Shown: piece by piece, positions 1 to 11,310 of the stretch
How the letters are laid out: every line of letters starts with the position of its first letter
Numbering within the stretch: position 1 is the first letter of the stretch
Origin: the human T2T-CHM13v2.0 reference genome, Homo sapiens
NCBI RefSeq assembly: GCF_009914755.1
Contig: NC_060926.1
DNA length: 64,000 nucleotides
Reading direction: 5' to 3' (one strand)
Translations under genes and position numbers: made by a program
Notes under the pieces: generated by a model
Databases searched by the model: none
What the model was told of the DNA's origin: nothing
What the model saw: the letters and a program-made list of their open reading frames with translations, nothing else

Positions 1-594
1 TTCAGCCCACTGCAGAAGGATTCTCTGGCAGAGGAAGCAGGATCTGTCACGGGCTCAAAAGGGGAAAGGAAAGAAGCCAGGCTGGAAGGGCAGGAGGAGA
101 TGATGGTGAGGGAGGTAGAGTCCTGGCCAGGGTGGCTAGAACAGCTTGACTCAAGCTTGTCTGGTAGTAATCAGACGGCCAGTGATCCATCTGATTAAAA
201 CAACTTTGTTGACCACTTGGGAGTTCTATTGTCTTGAGCTCAGATAGTTGGTTAGCCTCCCCCATGAACTCTTTTTGGCCAAACTGAGCACTAACGTTAG
301 GTAGACACTGGCTTGGGGCTTACCTGGGCCTGATACATCACCTACATTGGTTGAACTGACCAGTCGATTCCACGAGACAACTAATTTTACCGATTATTTC
401 CAGGAAACAGGCAGTTTATAGCATTAACTAAAATCAGCAGTTGTTCTGGCTTTTTGGAGACAGTCTTTGGATCTGACATCTTCAGTCCTCAGAGACATTC
501 AGGCTACCTGCCACTGACCAACAGTAGTCAGATTCCTGAGAAGGCTGGGAAAAACCCTACCAACAACGGGCGTCAGGACTCAGTCTCTCTCATC

Positions 595-626
<32 letters not shown>

Positions 627-2998
627 GGATCGAACTAGACCAGGAGTGGCAAACACATGGTGTGAATCCTGCCACTCCTTTTCTTTCATCCATGGCAGAC
701 ATTGCTAATCAATTATAGCACTCATTCCCAAAGGGACCCAGATGCAGCCTCAGGATCCTTTTCAACACAGAGCTTCAGGCAGCCTCTACCAATCAATTAG
801 ATTTGGCATGCGTGATAAAAAGCATTTGTCCTCTGGACTAGATGATCTCCAAGCCTCCCTCCAGCTGTGCTGATCTAGAATTGCAACTGATTAGGCATCT
901 TGAGGACTCAGCCTGGGGACCACCAGGTCTACAGCTGTCCCTGGGGCATCCAGGTCTGTGGGGCTGCCCTCGAGCTGGTGCCTTATTAATTTTCCTCACT
1001 GCTAATAAATGTGCATTGCGTCAGCTCTGTTCTGCCCCCTCATGTTCTCTGGCTGCTGCCATCAGTGGGGACTTTTTCAGAGAGCTGCAAAAATAGTTTT
1101 TTGTTGTTGTTGTTTGAGGAGCCTACACAGAAGCAGCAGCCAAGGCTTTTTTGCTCCCTTTCTTTTCTGAGGGAATGGGGAAATGCGGAGGGAAGACCTC
1201 ACAATGAAGGAATGTGCTCCTTGGGGAACTGAAAGTTGTTTTCCTTAAAGAAGAAGAAGATGAAGAAGAAGTCAGCACACTCTAACTTCACATCTAGCCG
1301 CAAAGCACATCTGCGGGGATTGCTAACAGCTCCCAGGAGATCGCTGGCTCAAGCCAAGCCTGGTTAGGCTGTTGACAACTAGGTCCTGATGAGCAGAGCC
1401 CTAATGAGCAGCTTGCTCACTGTCTGCCCTCCCGGCTCATCCCTCGTTGATGTTCATTGGGCTCATCGAGGCCCTGGGAGACAGTTTTTCTTGCCTGCGA
1501 TGGATGTTAGGCATGCAGGGGAGCTCACTTTCTCACGGGTGAATGTTTCACTTTTCCCCACTGCTGTGCTCTGGGGTTTTTAAGAGGCTTAAGACAAATC
1601 CTAAGACACTAGGGATGGGAAGAGCTTGAGATCTGTGGGTTCCACCTCCCCCTCTCTTTTCTCCGTTTATAGATGAAGAGGCTGAGGCTTGCGGTGGGGC
1701 GGGAGGGGGAAGATAGAGGACAGGGGAGGCAGATGCCGAAGGGTACCGAGCTGGTCCTGGGAAGACAATGCATCTCTCAACTTCCAGACCACTAAGTCAG
1801 AGGTGCAGAAAACTCAGAGAGTGTCCAGCCCAGAGCTTCTTGAACTTGAGTAACATATGCCCTTGTCCCAAAAGGAAACACATTGTCCCAGAACCCTAAG
1901 ATCAGAATTATGCTCTTGTACTTTATGTTTTTAATTCTTATATAACTATAAGCCCAAAACAAATTAATAAATGAATACAAGCAAAACTACAAAGGTGATC
2001 AAAATTCACTTTAACAAACAGGTTAATATGATGAATAATATTGTTTTGCAGAAACAGAATCTCACAGGGCACAGGAGAGGAGCAGAGCACCAGCAGGGGA
2101 CCCTAACCTTCTTCCTGCATCCATCAGAGCCTTCAGAATGAAGAATCTGGGGGACAGGAGGATGTCAGGGGGAGGGAAGAGGAGCAAGAGAAGGCAGGGA
2201 CAAGTCAGATGCCAGGCAGAGGAAGCCGAGAGCCTGGAGACTTGGCTGCTCCAAGGCAGCGCACTTATCCTCTTGGGGCCGACCATGTTTCTTCCTTAGG
2301 CAGGGCTCCTTGAGGCTGAAATCATCCCTAACAGACCCTCAACGGTCAGGACAGTGTCATGTCACCTTCCAGTGGGAACCTCACTGGGCTCTGCCCACAC
2401 CCAAGCACTGCTCCTACCTGCCACTTCCTGTCTCCTTCAAGTGGGGACACAGAACAAGCACACTGCACAAGTAAAGCATAGAGCATGTCATAAGGTGAAA
2501 TGGCTGGTGGCTCCAGCTGGAAACGGGTGGTAAGGGGAGGCCTCAGTGACCAAGTGACATAATGGCAAAGGTTTGGAGGAGGAGAGGAAGCAAGCCATAG
2601 GCATTTCTCAGGGAGGTGGTCTGCCCGGCCAAATCCCACCATCTTTCCAGCCTGGTTTAAATGCCTCTTCTTCCAGGAAGTCCCCCAGAGCTGTTTGGCT
2701 ACACTCTGAATTCCTACAGCTTTTTCCTTAGTGTCTATCACTGCGTACTGGTTCAGACTTGCATTATCTTTCCTACTGGACTCGGAGTTCCTTGAGGTGG
2801 GCACTGTGTCTCCTCTTACTAGAATGTCAGCTCCACAGGGTAGAGGTTTTGCTCTATTCACTGCTGCATAACCCCAGGCTTAGCAGGTGCTCTACAGAGG
2901 GTAGCGAAGGCTTATGGTGGATAAAGGAAGGGATGAGGATGGTCTCTTTGCAGGACGTGAGCTCTTGATGGCAGAAACCTCACCAAACTTATCTTTCT

Positions 2999-3299
2999 TC
3001 TTCTTTTTTTTTTTTTTTGAGATGGAGTCTCGCTCTGTCACCCAGGCTGGAGGACAATGACGTGATCTTGGCTCACTGCAACCTCCGCCTCCCAGGTTCA
3101 AGCGATTCTCCTGCCTCAGACTTCCAAGTAGCTGGGATTATAAGTGTGTGCCACCACAACTGGCTAACTTTTTGTATTTTTGGTAGAGACAGGGTTTCGC
3201 CATGTTGGCCAGGCTGGTCTCAGACTCCTGGCCTCAAGGGATCTACCTGCCTCAGCCTCTCAAAGTGCTGTGATTACAGGAGTGCGCCACCGTGCCCAG
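2999..3299 (-). mobile_element. Alu (S/J-like)
   Basis: Antisense Alu body after T-tract; 19-bp TSD TCACCAAACTTATCTTTCT at 2980 and 3300. Confidence 0.95.
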
Positions 3300-3593
3300 T
3301 CACCAAACTTATCTTTCTAACCAGCCCCATTACAGTGCCCGGCTCAGCTCGAGTTCTGTCCAGTGTAAGAATGACTGTTGACTTGAATCCATTGCTCCCA
3401 ACTCAATTGATCAGGTTGGGGAACCCAATGCCAGAGAAAAGATTGTGGATTCAAGACAACCACAAGTTCTTGGCAGTCAGGGCAGCTGTGCCTTTGACAT
3501 GACCAACTCTGTCTCTGGATCCACTGTTTTTTTCTGGTCAAAGCAGCTGACTAAATAGCTGAGCAGGTCTTGGTCCAAACAGAGGAGTGGACC

Positions 3594-4100
3594 TTCATTC
3601 ACTCAGTAAGTACTTATTGAGTGTCTACTGTGTACTAGGGATTGTTCTAGCGGCTGGGATATAGCAGTAAACAAGGCAGGCAAAAATCCCTGACCTCATG
3701 GAACTGACCTTCTAGTGTATGGGAGACAGAAACCAAGCAACCAGTGATATCTATAGTATGTCAGATGATGGTAAATGCCATTGAAAATAAAGCAAGGAAG
3801 AGGTAGATAATACTGAAGGGGAAGGGTACAAACTTCATAGAGTGTGATTAGGGACAGCCTCACTGAGAAGGGGACATAGAAACACCAGAAAGGGGTGAGG
3901 AAGTGAACCCTGAGGCTACCCGAGCTAAGGGCATTTCAGGCACAGTAAACAGCCAATGCAAAGGCCCTGAGGTGGGAGCCTGCTGGGTAGGTTCAAGGAA
4001 TGGCAGGGAGCCCTGTGTGGTGAGAGCAGAGTATATGGGCTAGGGCGGGGGATGAGGTTAGAGAGGAAATGGGGGACCAGATGTCAACTTTTGCTCCTAC
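3594..4100 (-). mobile_element. L2 3' fragment
   Basis: CATTCACTCAGTAAGTACTTATTGAGTGTCTACTGTG...GCAAAGGCCCTGAGGTGGGAG antisense L2 tail. Confidence 0.8.
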
Positions 4101-4104
4101 TCGA

Positions 4105-4560
4105 ATGTTTCAGTTCTCTATTTCTGTATAAGAAACCACCCCAAAATGTAGTGGCTTAACACAACCATTTAATATTCTTTCTCATGTTTCTGTTAGTTGA
4201 CTGGGTTCAGCCGGGTGGTTCTTTAGTGGGTTCCCCCATGGGGCTGCAGCCAGCTAGAGGCTGGGGCTGGAGGCACCCATAAGGTTCTGCTGAGAGCCTT
4301 CTTCACTCATATGTCTGGCACTGTGTTGCTTTCTATGTGGCCTCTCTCTTCAGCAGAACCCACCGGGGTTTCTCACTTAGCAACTAAAGGCTTCCAACTG
4401 GCCGGAAGCCTAAACAGCCAGTCTCCATAAAGCACAGCAGCACTTCTGCAGGGCTCCATTAGCCAGAGCAGTCACAGGCCAGCCCAGGTTCCCAGCAATG
4501 GAGGGACAGACTCCACCTCTCCATGCATGCAGGGAGGGAAGGAATTCATAGCAGCCACGA
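4105..4560 (-). mobile_element. Old MLT1-type LTR
   Basis: AAACCACCCCAAAATGTAGTGGCTTAA...CACTTCTGC...AGCAGTCACAGGCCAGCCCAGGTTC pattern typical of antisense MLT1. Confidence 0.7.
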
Positions 4561-5626
4561 ACATCCGAGCAAAAGAATTCAAGCGGAGGTTTTAAGCAGA
4601 GAAATGACATATGTCCTGCTTTAACAGGACACCTGGCCAATGGTGTGGAGATATGTCATGCCAGCCTCCTCCTGTTTTTTGTTGACAACCCTCGTGACCT
4701 TTTTCCCTCCCCACTCTCCCTTTCCACTCTGACCAAGAGTCAGGACTAAACCCTACCCCCTGGGCACTGCCCTCTGCACATGTGTTAAGAAGGTACACAG
4801 AGCATGTGCTGAGATGGTGCACACAGCGGGTCTCAGGGAGAGAGTGCCCTTATCTGGCATCTGCCCAGCCCCAAAGACTCGGTTTTCCATAATTGGGATG
4901 GCCACTTGAATAGAGGAAGGTAGAAGGAAGATTGCAGGAGAGTCTGAAAGAGCTTCCTGCCTGGATGCCTCATCACTGTCCTCCGGATCCAATGTCCTGC
5001 TGGTTAATGGTGGCAGTGCTAGCACTGTGAATGGGAGGCGGGGAGGATCTCTGGATTCTTCTTATTCCCCTGGTTGGCCCTTTCTGGAGCTGCTGTGAGT
5101 ACCACCCCAGGGGGGCACCATTCATGCTGTGTCTGTTTCCACCAGGAGAGTTTCCTCATGGCAGTCTAGTTTCCACTCTTCCTCCCTTTCTCTAACGGGT
5201 GCCACACCTACTTTGGAACAATCTGAACAGCCATAAATAGGGACTCCAGATTCAGGAATGCAGAGCTTCATGTAGCAAGCATCCAAGGTTCCATCCTATC
5301 CGGCCAAGAAGCAGCTAATCACTGGCCTGCAGGGCTGTCCTGTCTGCACTCGGGTGGTGTGTGCACCAAGGAACTGCTGGGCAGATTCCACTGGCAAGGA
5401 GGGAGGGCTCCAGTGCCTGGATACCAAGATCTGGGCTCTATATGCCCTTGCCATCTGACCCTGACTAGAAGGAGCTAGAAGTGCACTGTGCTGGACCAAG
5501 GGAGGCCAGTGGCTCCAGCTGAGAGGTTGACAGCAAGAAGCCCACCAGGCTGGCAGCACAGCAGGAAGAGCTGGCTTACACAGGCCAGCCCTATAGGTGG
5601 CCCAGTTATCACCTCCCAGATGCTAG

Positions 5627-6013
<387 letters not shown>

Positions 6014-8060
6014 TGACTGCTCTTTCTGTTGGCAAGATTATTTTTTTCCCCACTAAGAGCCTTAGTCTTCTTATCTGTAGAGTGGGTTTACTTCCCTGGG
6101 TGATGATAAGGATTAGTGAGATAGAGTTTGTATGCACTCCTTGCATGGCAGTATTAAAGAATTAACGATTGCCTGACTTTCTAATATCTGTTCCCAGTGG
6201 CCTGACCCCTAAGCTCTTGCTTTGCCTTCCCTTTTTATCTTTATTCCTTTTCCCTAGACCAGCCATCCAAAGGGGTATGGAATCTTCCAGTGACAACATC
6301 CCTCGATCCCAGGGTCACCTCAAATGGTTAATTCAGTGGGCGATGTTTTTAATGAAGGGCATAGGGTGTCGTCTGCATTGTACCATCCAAAGGTGTGAGT
6401 AGGGACAAATGGAGCCTTGGGAGACTTTTTATCCTGGAAAGTCTATGAATTCATGAAATCCACATTACTGTCATTACAGGGCCACCACAATGGGCAAAAG
6501 TTCCTCATGGGGAGACCGCAGTGTTGTGTGCAGTCCCAATAGTGTGATACCACCAGGGGGTGCTGCCCAGCTGGTCTCTGCCCCAATTCTCAGCAAGGCT
6601 GAGGAAGGCAGAAGTGAGAGCCCTTGGAAGACAGGTTTGACCCCTAGGCTGGTGGGGCGTGGGCAGCCAGCCTGGACCTGGAAGGTCTGCAACCTGGCAG
6701 GCTGACAATGGCAATAGCAGGGACTCCACATCAATCGGCCTCTTTACAATTTGTCGCCTGTTCCCACACACACCATTCCATCTCAAGACTCAAGAGATGA
6801 TGCCCAGATAGTGAACAGAGGCTCAGAGAAGTCAGGGAGCTGCTCAAGGTCACACACCTGGTACGTGACAAGGTGAAGATCCCTCTGGGCTTGCCTGTTG
6901 CCAACTCTGGGGCCCTGGCATTTGGCCAGCGGGAGAGGCAGCATGTTGAGGAGAAAGAGCCTGTCTGGAAGCCTGTAGCCCGGCTTGGAGCCCTGCTCTA
7001 CCTCCACCCTGCATGGCTGATCATTCCTATCCAATCCCTTCGCCTCCTCCTGCCCCATGGGATCTCGGTGACCTTCTCCTCTATTTGGGGGGAAGTTGGC
7101 ACGGGGCTTAGGATCAGTATGAGTGGATCCTTTGGTATTCAGCCAAGATGTGATTTTCCCAGACACAGCTTGGCCTCTTTAAGGACAAAATTCAGTCCTG
7201 CTAGAGACTTCTCACACAACCTCACCAGCCACGGGCACCCCAGTCTTCAGCTACACCCAAGTCTGGGATGCAAGGGGGCCTTAGCAGCTGGCTGACCCAG
7301 GATGCCCAAGGTCACCATTCCCTAGACTCTAGGCATCATGCCACATGCTGCACATGCTGCGTCTTTGAGTCCTTGCAGCCGTGTGAGGCACGGTATCATT
7401 ACTCCCGTTTTACAGAGGAAGCTACTGAAGCTCAGAGAGTACCTGAGCAGCCCTGGAGAAGGAGTGTCACTTTTCCTCCATCTCTGCCACTGACTGGCTG
7501 GATGCACAGGAGGACTGGGTCTCCAGACAGGACTGTAAAGGGCACGAGGGTTGCTTGTCCTTATCAGAGGTTTCCTGAGCACCAGCCTTTAGAGACAGGG
7601 AGGAAGGCAAGAGTGCGCCTTTGAGGAACGCACAAGCCCAGGAGTTCCAACAGGGCTGCAGTGGAGGCTAAGTTGCAGCAGGACTTTTGAGCAAGCATGC
7701 ACACAGGCCAGCAAGAGCAATTGGAGGCTATGGTGAGCAGGGAAGGTTCGCGGGAGGAGGGGGACCGGAGCTGGTCATCGAAGGGTGAGGAAGAGTGTGC
7801 GTTGCAAAGGGGAGCCGTGGGAGACCTGGGAGCAAAGGCCAGAACTTTAGGGTTCGAGGCTGAGCAGGGAAACGACAGGAGAATGAGGGCTCCTCTTTGG
7901 CAGCACACACCTGGTCTCCAGGACAGAGATAAGGTGCAGGAATATGCAGGTGTCCAGGGAAGACGATGTCTCCGGGAGCACATGCTTTATGATGCTGGCA
8001 CCCACCTTGGTGGCAAAATGAGATTTTGCATTTACTATATTCAGAAAACTGCATGCCTCA

Positions 8061-8080
8061 GTGTGTGTGTGTGTGTGTGT
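8061..8080. repeat. (GT)10 microsatellite
   Basis: Direct observation. Confidence 0.95.
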
Positions 8081-9239
8081 CTATGTTTGAAGTCTTATGT
8101 CAAAGTCCTTTGACATCCATCTCTTTGTCCTTTCCCAGCTACCCTGAGAAGGTTGGCTGGAAATATCCTCAAAGACAGAAAAGAGTGACGGTGGGAGGAA
8201 ACGTCTTGCTCGTGGTCATGGGGTTCCGTCGTTGACAAACCAAGGCTCAACCGGGGCTGCTGGCTGCAGCTCCATGCTCCTGCCCCCAAAGCTATGCCCA
8301 GATCCCCATCCCACCTCCCAGCACCCTGCGTGCCATCTGCCTCCTCCACCCCTAGGCATTCTCCCATGGAGGAGAGAAGCACTCCACTCTGTGTGAGCCC
8401 TTGTGTTTTCATCAGAGTTCAAGGCCAGGGTCAAGGGTCCATCTTCTCCCAAACCACCTTGCTGGCTTTTAGTGTCCACCTTCCTTAAGGAGTAACAGTC
8501 ACAGAGAAGGGACCAGCAAGGAGTGAAGCCCTGTTCTGAGCCTCGGAAGGGAGCGGCTGGGAAGCAGTCCTCTGGCAAGGACATCTGAGGGCCTACTAGT
8601 TTGACCCCTTCTTTCCAGAATCTCCAGTGGAATGGCACTGATGACTGAGGGTCTGGGGGGTCTACCTCTGCCCCTTGCCAATAACCGTGGGCACCTGCAA
8701 AGCTCTCACCTGGTGCCAGGCACTGCTCTGAGTGCCTTGCGCATACACGCTTTTCACACCGCCTGGGGAGGAAGGTACGATTATGACCCTCGTCTTACAG
8801 GTGAGGAAAGGGAGGCACAGAGAGGTTAAGTGACTTTCCCAAGGTCATTCAGTGAGTGGCAGAGCTGGGGTTTGAGCCCAGGAAATCTGCCTCAAGTAGC
8901 TGTTTTGCCTCAATAAATAATACTAACAACAACCACAGCTACCATTTGACGACCCGTTCCTATGTGCCTAGTGCTTTAATTCCTCAGAGCAATGCTGTGA
9001 CTTAGGCGTTGTTCTCCGAATTTCTCATTTCACAGATGAGTAAATCCCGGTTTAGCAGGGCGCCTGGAGTGAGGTGACTGCGGAGGCTCGCAGACGTTAG
9101 GTCTGCCTAAATCCGAAGCTTCCACCCTCCTCTGCCTCTGTGACTTGCTGCGTGACTTTGGAGCTTTCGGAAACTCAGTTTCCCTGTCTTAAGCCCTCTG
9201 CTCCTCTTGCTTTCCCGCTCCAGCAAGTGAGAGTGGACT

Positions 9240-11310
9240 GGGTTGCCGTGCCGGGCGGGTGTGGGTCGCCGGGCAACTCCGGAGTCTCCCCTTCCCCATC
9301 GGCCCCCAGCAGAAGTCCCAGCTCCCGGCGTTTTCTGTCTCGTGGCGAGTTGGGGCGGAGGGAGCGGCGGGAAGGTGCCGGGTGGGCAAGGTCGGAGCTG
9401 CGTCACCGAGAGGCCGGCAAGGCCAGGGAGAAAAGGCCCCGCTGTGATTTGGGGAAGGGCCGGGGGCCCATAAGTCACGTGCTCGGGGCGGTTGTGCAGG
9501 AGCGGACTGTCCTCTGGGAACATAGAAGCGCCCCCGACTAGAGTAGGGGCGGGGAGGGAGCGCCGGAGGAGGCAGGTTCTGGGCCAAGGGGATGGGGGTG
9601 GGGGGGAGGTAGGGAGCCCGCGGACAAAGGAGGCGGCCGGCGGCCCAGCTGTTTTGAAAAATGCTTCCTGTTTCTTTAAAGGCGCTCGCGGCTCGGGCGG
9701 CCCGGGCTGGGGAGGCGGTGGCGGCGGGAGCTGCCTCCTCTCCGGGCGGCGGCGCTGACTGATCTCGCGAACTGGGCTTCTGTGTAAACTGAGGCTAAAC
9801 AAACACAGATGGAGCGCAGCGGGCGTTCTCCAGAAATGCTGGCAAGGAGGCAGCGACTTCAGATGACACTCTGAGCGCTCCGGGAACGGACAGCCCGGCG
9901 GCTTCCCGAAGCCGGCGGCGCAGCTGCCCGGGGCGAGGGGGAGAAAGGGAGAGAGGGAGGGGGAGGGCGGGCGAAGCGGGAGAGCCAGAGACTCCTCGGC
10001 GCTGAGCGCGGCGGCGGCCCGGGCAGCCCCACGCCCCTGCCTCGCGCGCCGCCCGCGCCATGAAGCACATCCCGGTCCTCGAGGACGGGCCGTGGAAGAC
10101 CGTGTGCGTGAAGGAGCTGAACGGCCTTAAGAAGCTCAAGCGGAAAGGCAAGGAGCCGGCGCGGCGCGCGAACGGCTATAAAACTTTCCGACTGGACTTG
10201 GAAGCGCCCGAGCCCCGCGCCGTAGCCACCAACGGGCTGCGGGACAGGACCCATCGGCTGCAGCCGGTCCCGGTACCGGTGCCGGTGCCAGTCCCAGTGG
10301 CGCCGGCCGTTCCCCCAAGAGGGGGCACGGACACAGCCGGGGAGCGCGGGGGCTCTCGGGCGCCCGAGGTCTCCGACGCGCGGAAACGCTGCTTCGCCCT
10401 AGGCGCAGTGGGGCCAGGACTCCCCACGCCGCCGCCGCCGCCGCCTCCTGCGCCCCAGAGCCAGGCACCTGGGGGCCCAGAGGCACAGCCTTTCCGGGAG
10501 CCGGGTCCGCGTCCTCGCATCTTGCTGTGCGCACCGCCCGCGCGCCCCGCGCCGTCAGCACCCCCAGCACCGCCAGCGCCCCCGGAGTCCACTGTGCGCC
10601 CTGCGCCCCCGACGCGCCCCGGGGAAAGTTCCTACTCGTCAATTTCACACGTAATTTACAATAACCACCAGGATTCCTCCGCGTCGCCTAGGAAACGACC
10701 GGGCGAAGCGACTGCCGCCTCCTCCGAGATCAAAGCCCTGCAGCAGACCCGGAGGCTCCTGGCGAACGCCAGGGAGCGGACGCGGGTGCACACCATCAGC
10801 GCAGCCTTCGAGGCGCTCAGGAAGCAGGTACCCGCTCGCCGCCGCACGCCCTCACTGCGCCGGGGGACGACTGCGGGAATGGGTGGGCGAGTGGCCGGGG
10901 CGGGATAGAGGTGTGTTTAAGGGGCAAGCTGCCCCGCCCGGTCCGACCCTGGTGCCCAGACAGGTGTGGGCAGTCCTAGGGTATGGATCATAGTTTTCAA
11001 AGTGGCTATAAGAGTTGGTTATCTCTGGCCCGAGCACCCCCCGCCCTCAACCCCCGCCTCGGGGGTAACGCTGTCTGCGCTTCTGACTTCAGCCTCCATA
11101 GTTCACTTTTATGGCAGCGAGTATTTGCCTGCCGGAGTCCCCTGGGCGCGGTGCGGAGTGGAGAGGGGAAATGTGGGAATCTGTCAGCGGAGGAAGGGGG
11201 GAGCCTTCTCCAGTTGGTGGTGGCAAGGTCCGGAACGCTGCGGTGGGACAGTCCGGGGGAGTTGTCAGCCCCTCTTCAGGCCCCAGCGGTGATGCCCCGA
11301 ACACTCAGGT
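9240..11310 (+). promoter_or_regulatory. ATOH8: CpG island / ATOH8 promoter, 5' UTR and exon 1
   Basis: Very high GC and CpG density; GC boxes (GGGGCGG), GTCACGTG 9474-9481, TCTCGCGA 9763-9770, FOX-like GTAAAC 9784 and TAAACAAACA 9796-9805, CAGATG E-boxes 9806 and 9860; no clear TATA box. Confidence 0.9.
10060..10827 (+). CDS. ATOH8: ATOH8 coding exon 1 (aa 1-256): basic N-terminus, PV repeat, Pro-rich region, bHLH basic region and helix 1
   Basis: Kozak-like GCGCCATGA. Translation MKHIPVLEDGPWKTVCVKELNGLKKLKRKG...RRLLANARERTRVHTISAAFEALRKQ is recognisable ATOH8. Ends at phase-0 donor CAG|GTACCC (GT 10828-10829); 768 nt = 256 codons. Confidence 0.98.

Noticed and set aside
575-622. A28 tract after GACTCAGTCTC as a processed pseudogene or Alu end
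   Set aside because: No element body or convincing TSD; cannot distinguish an extremely truncated insertion from a simple homopolymer.
3017-3502. Alu-like ORFs here and at 5657, 13667, 38722, 39428, 53679 and 58900
   Set aside because: Translations of Alu sequence, not genes.
9107-10648. Long antisense ORFs over the promoter and exon 1
   Set aside because: Expected from stop-codon scarcity in a CpG island; no homology recognised.
10828-10908. Extension of the ATOH8 ORF to 282 aa in the ORF track
   Set aside because: Read-through of intron 1; the bHLH is completed only by splicing to 19870.
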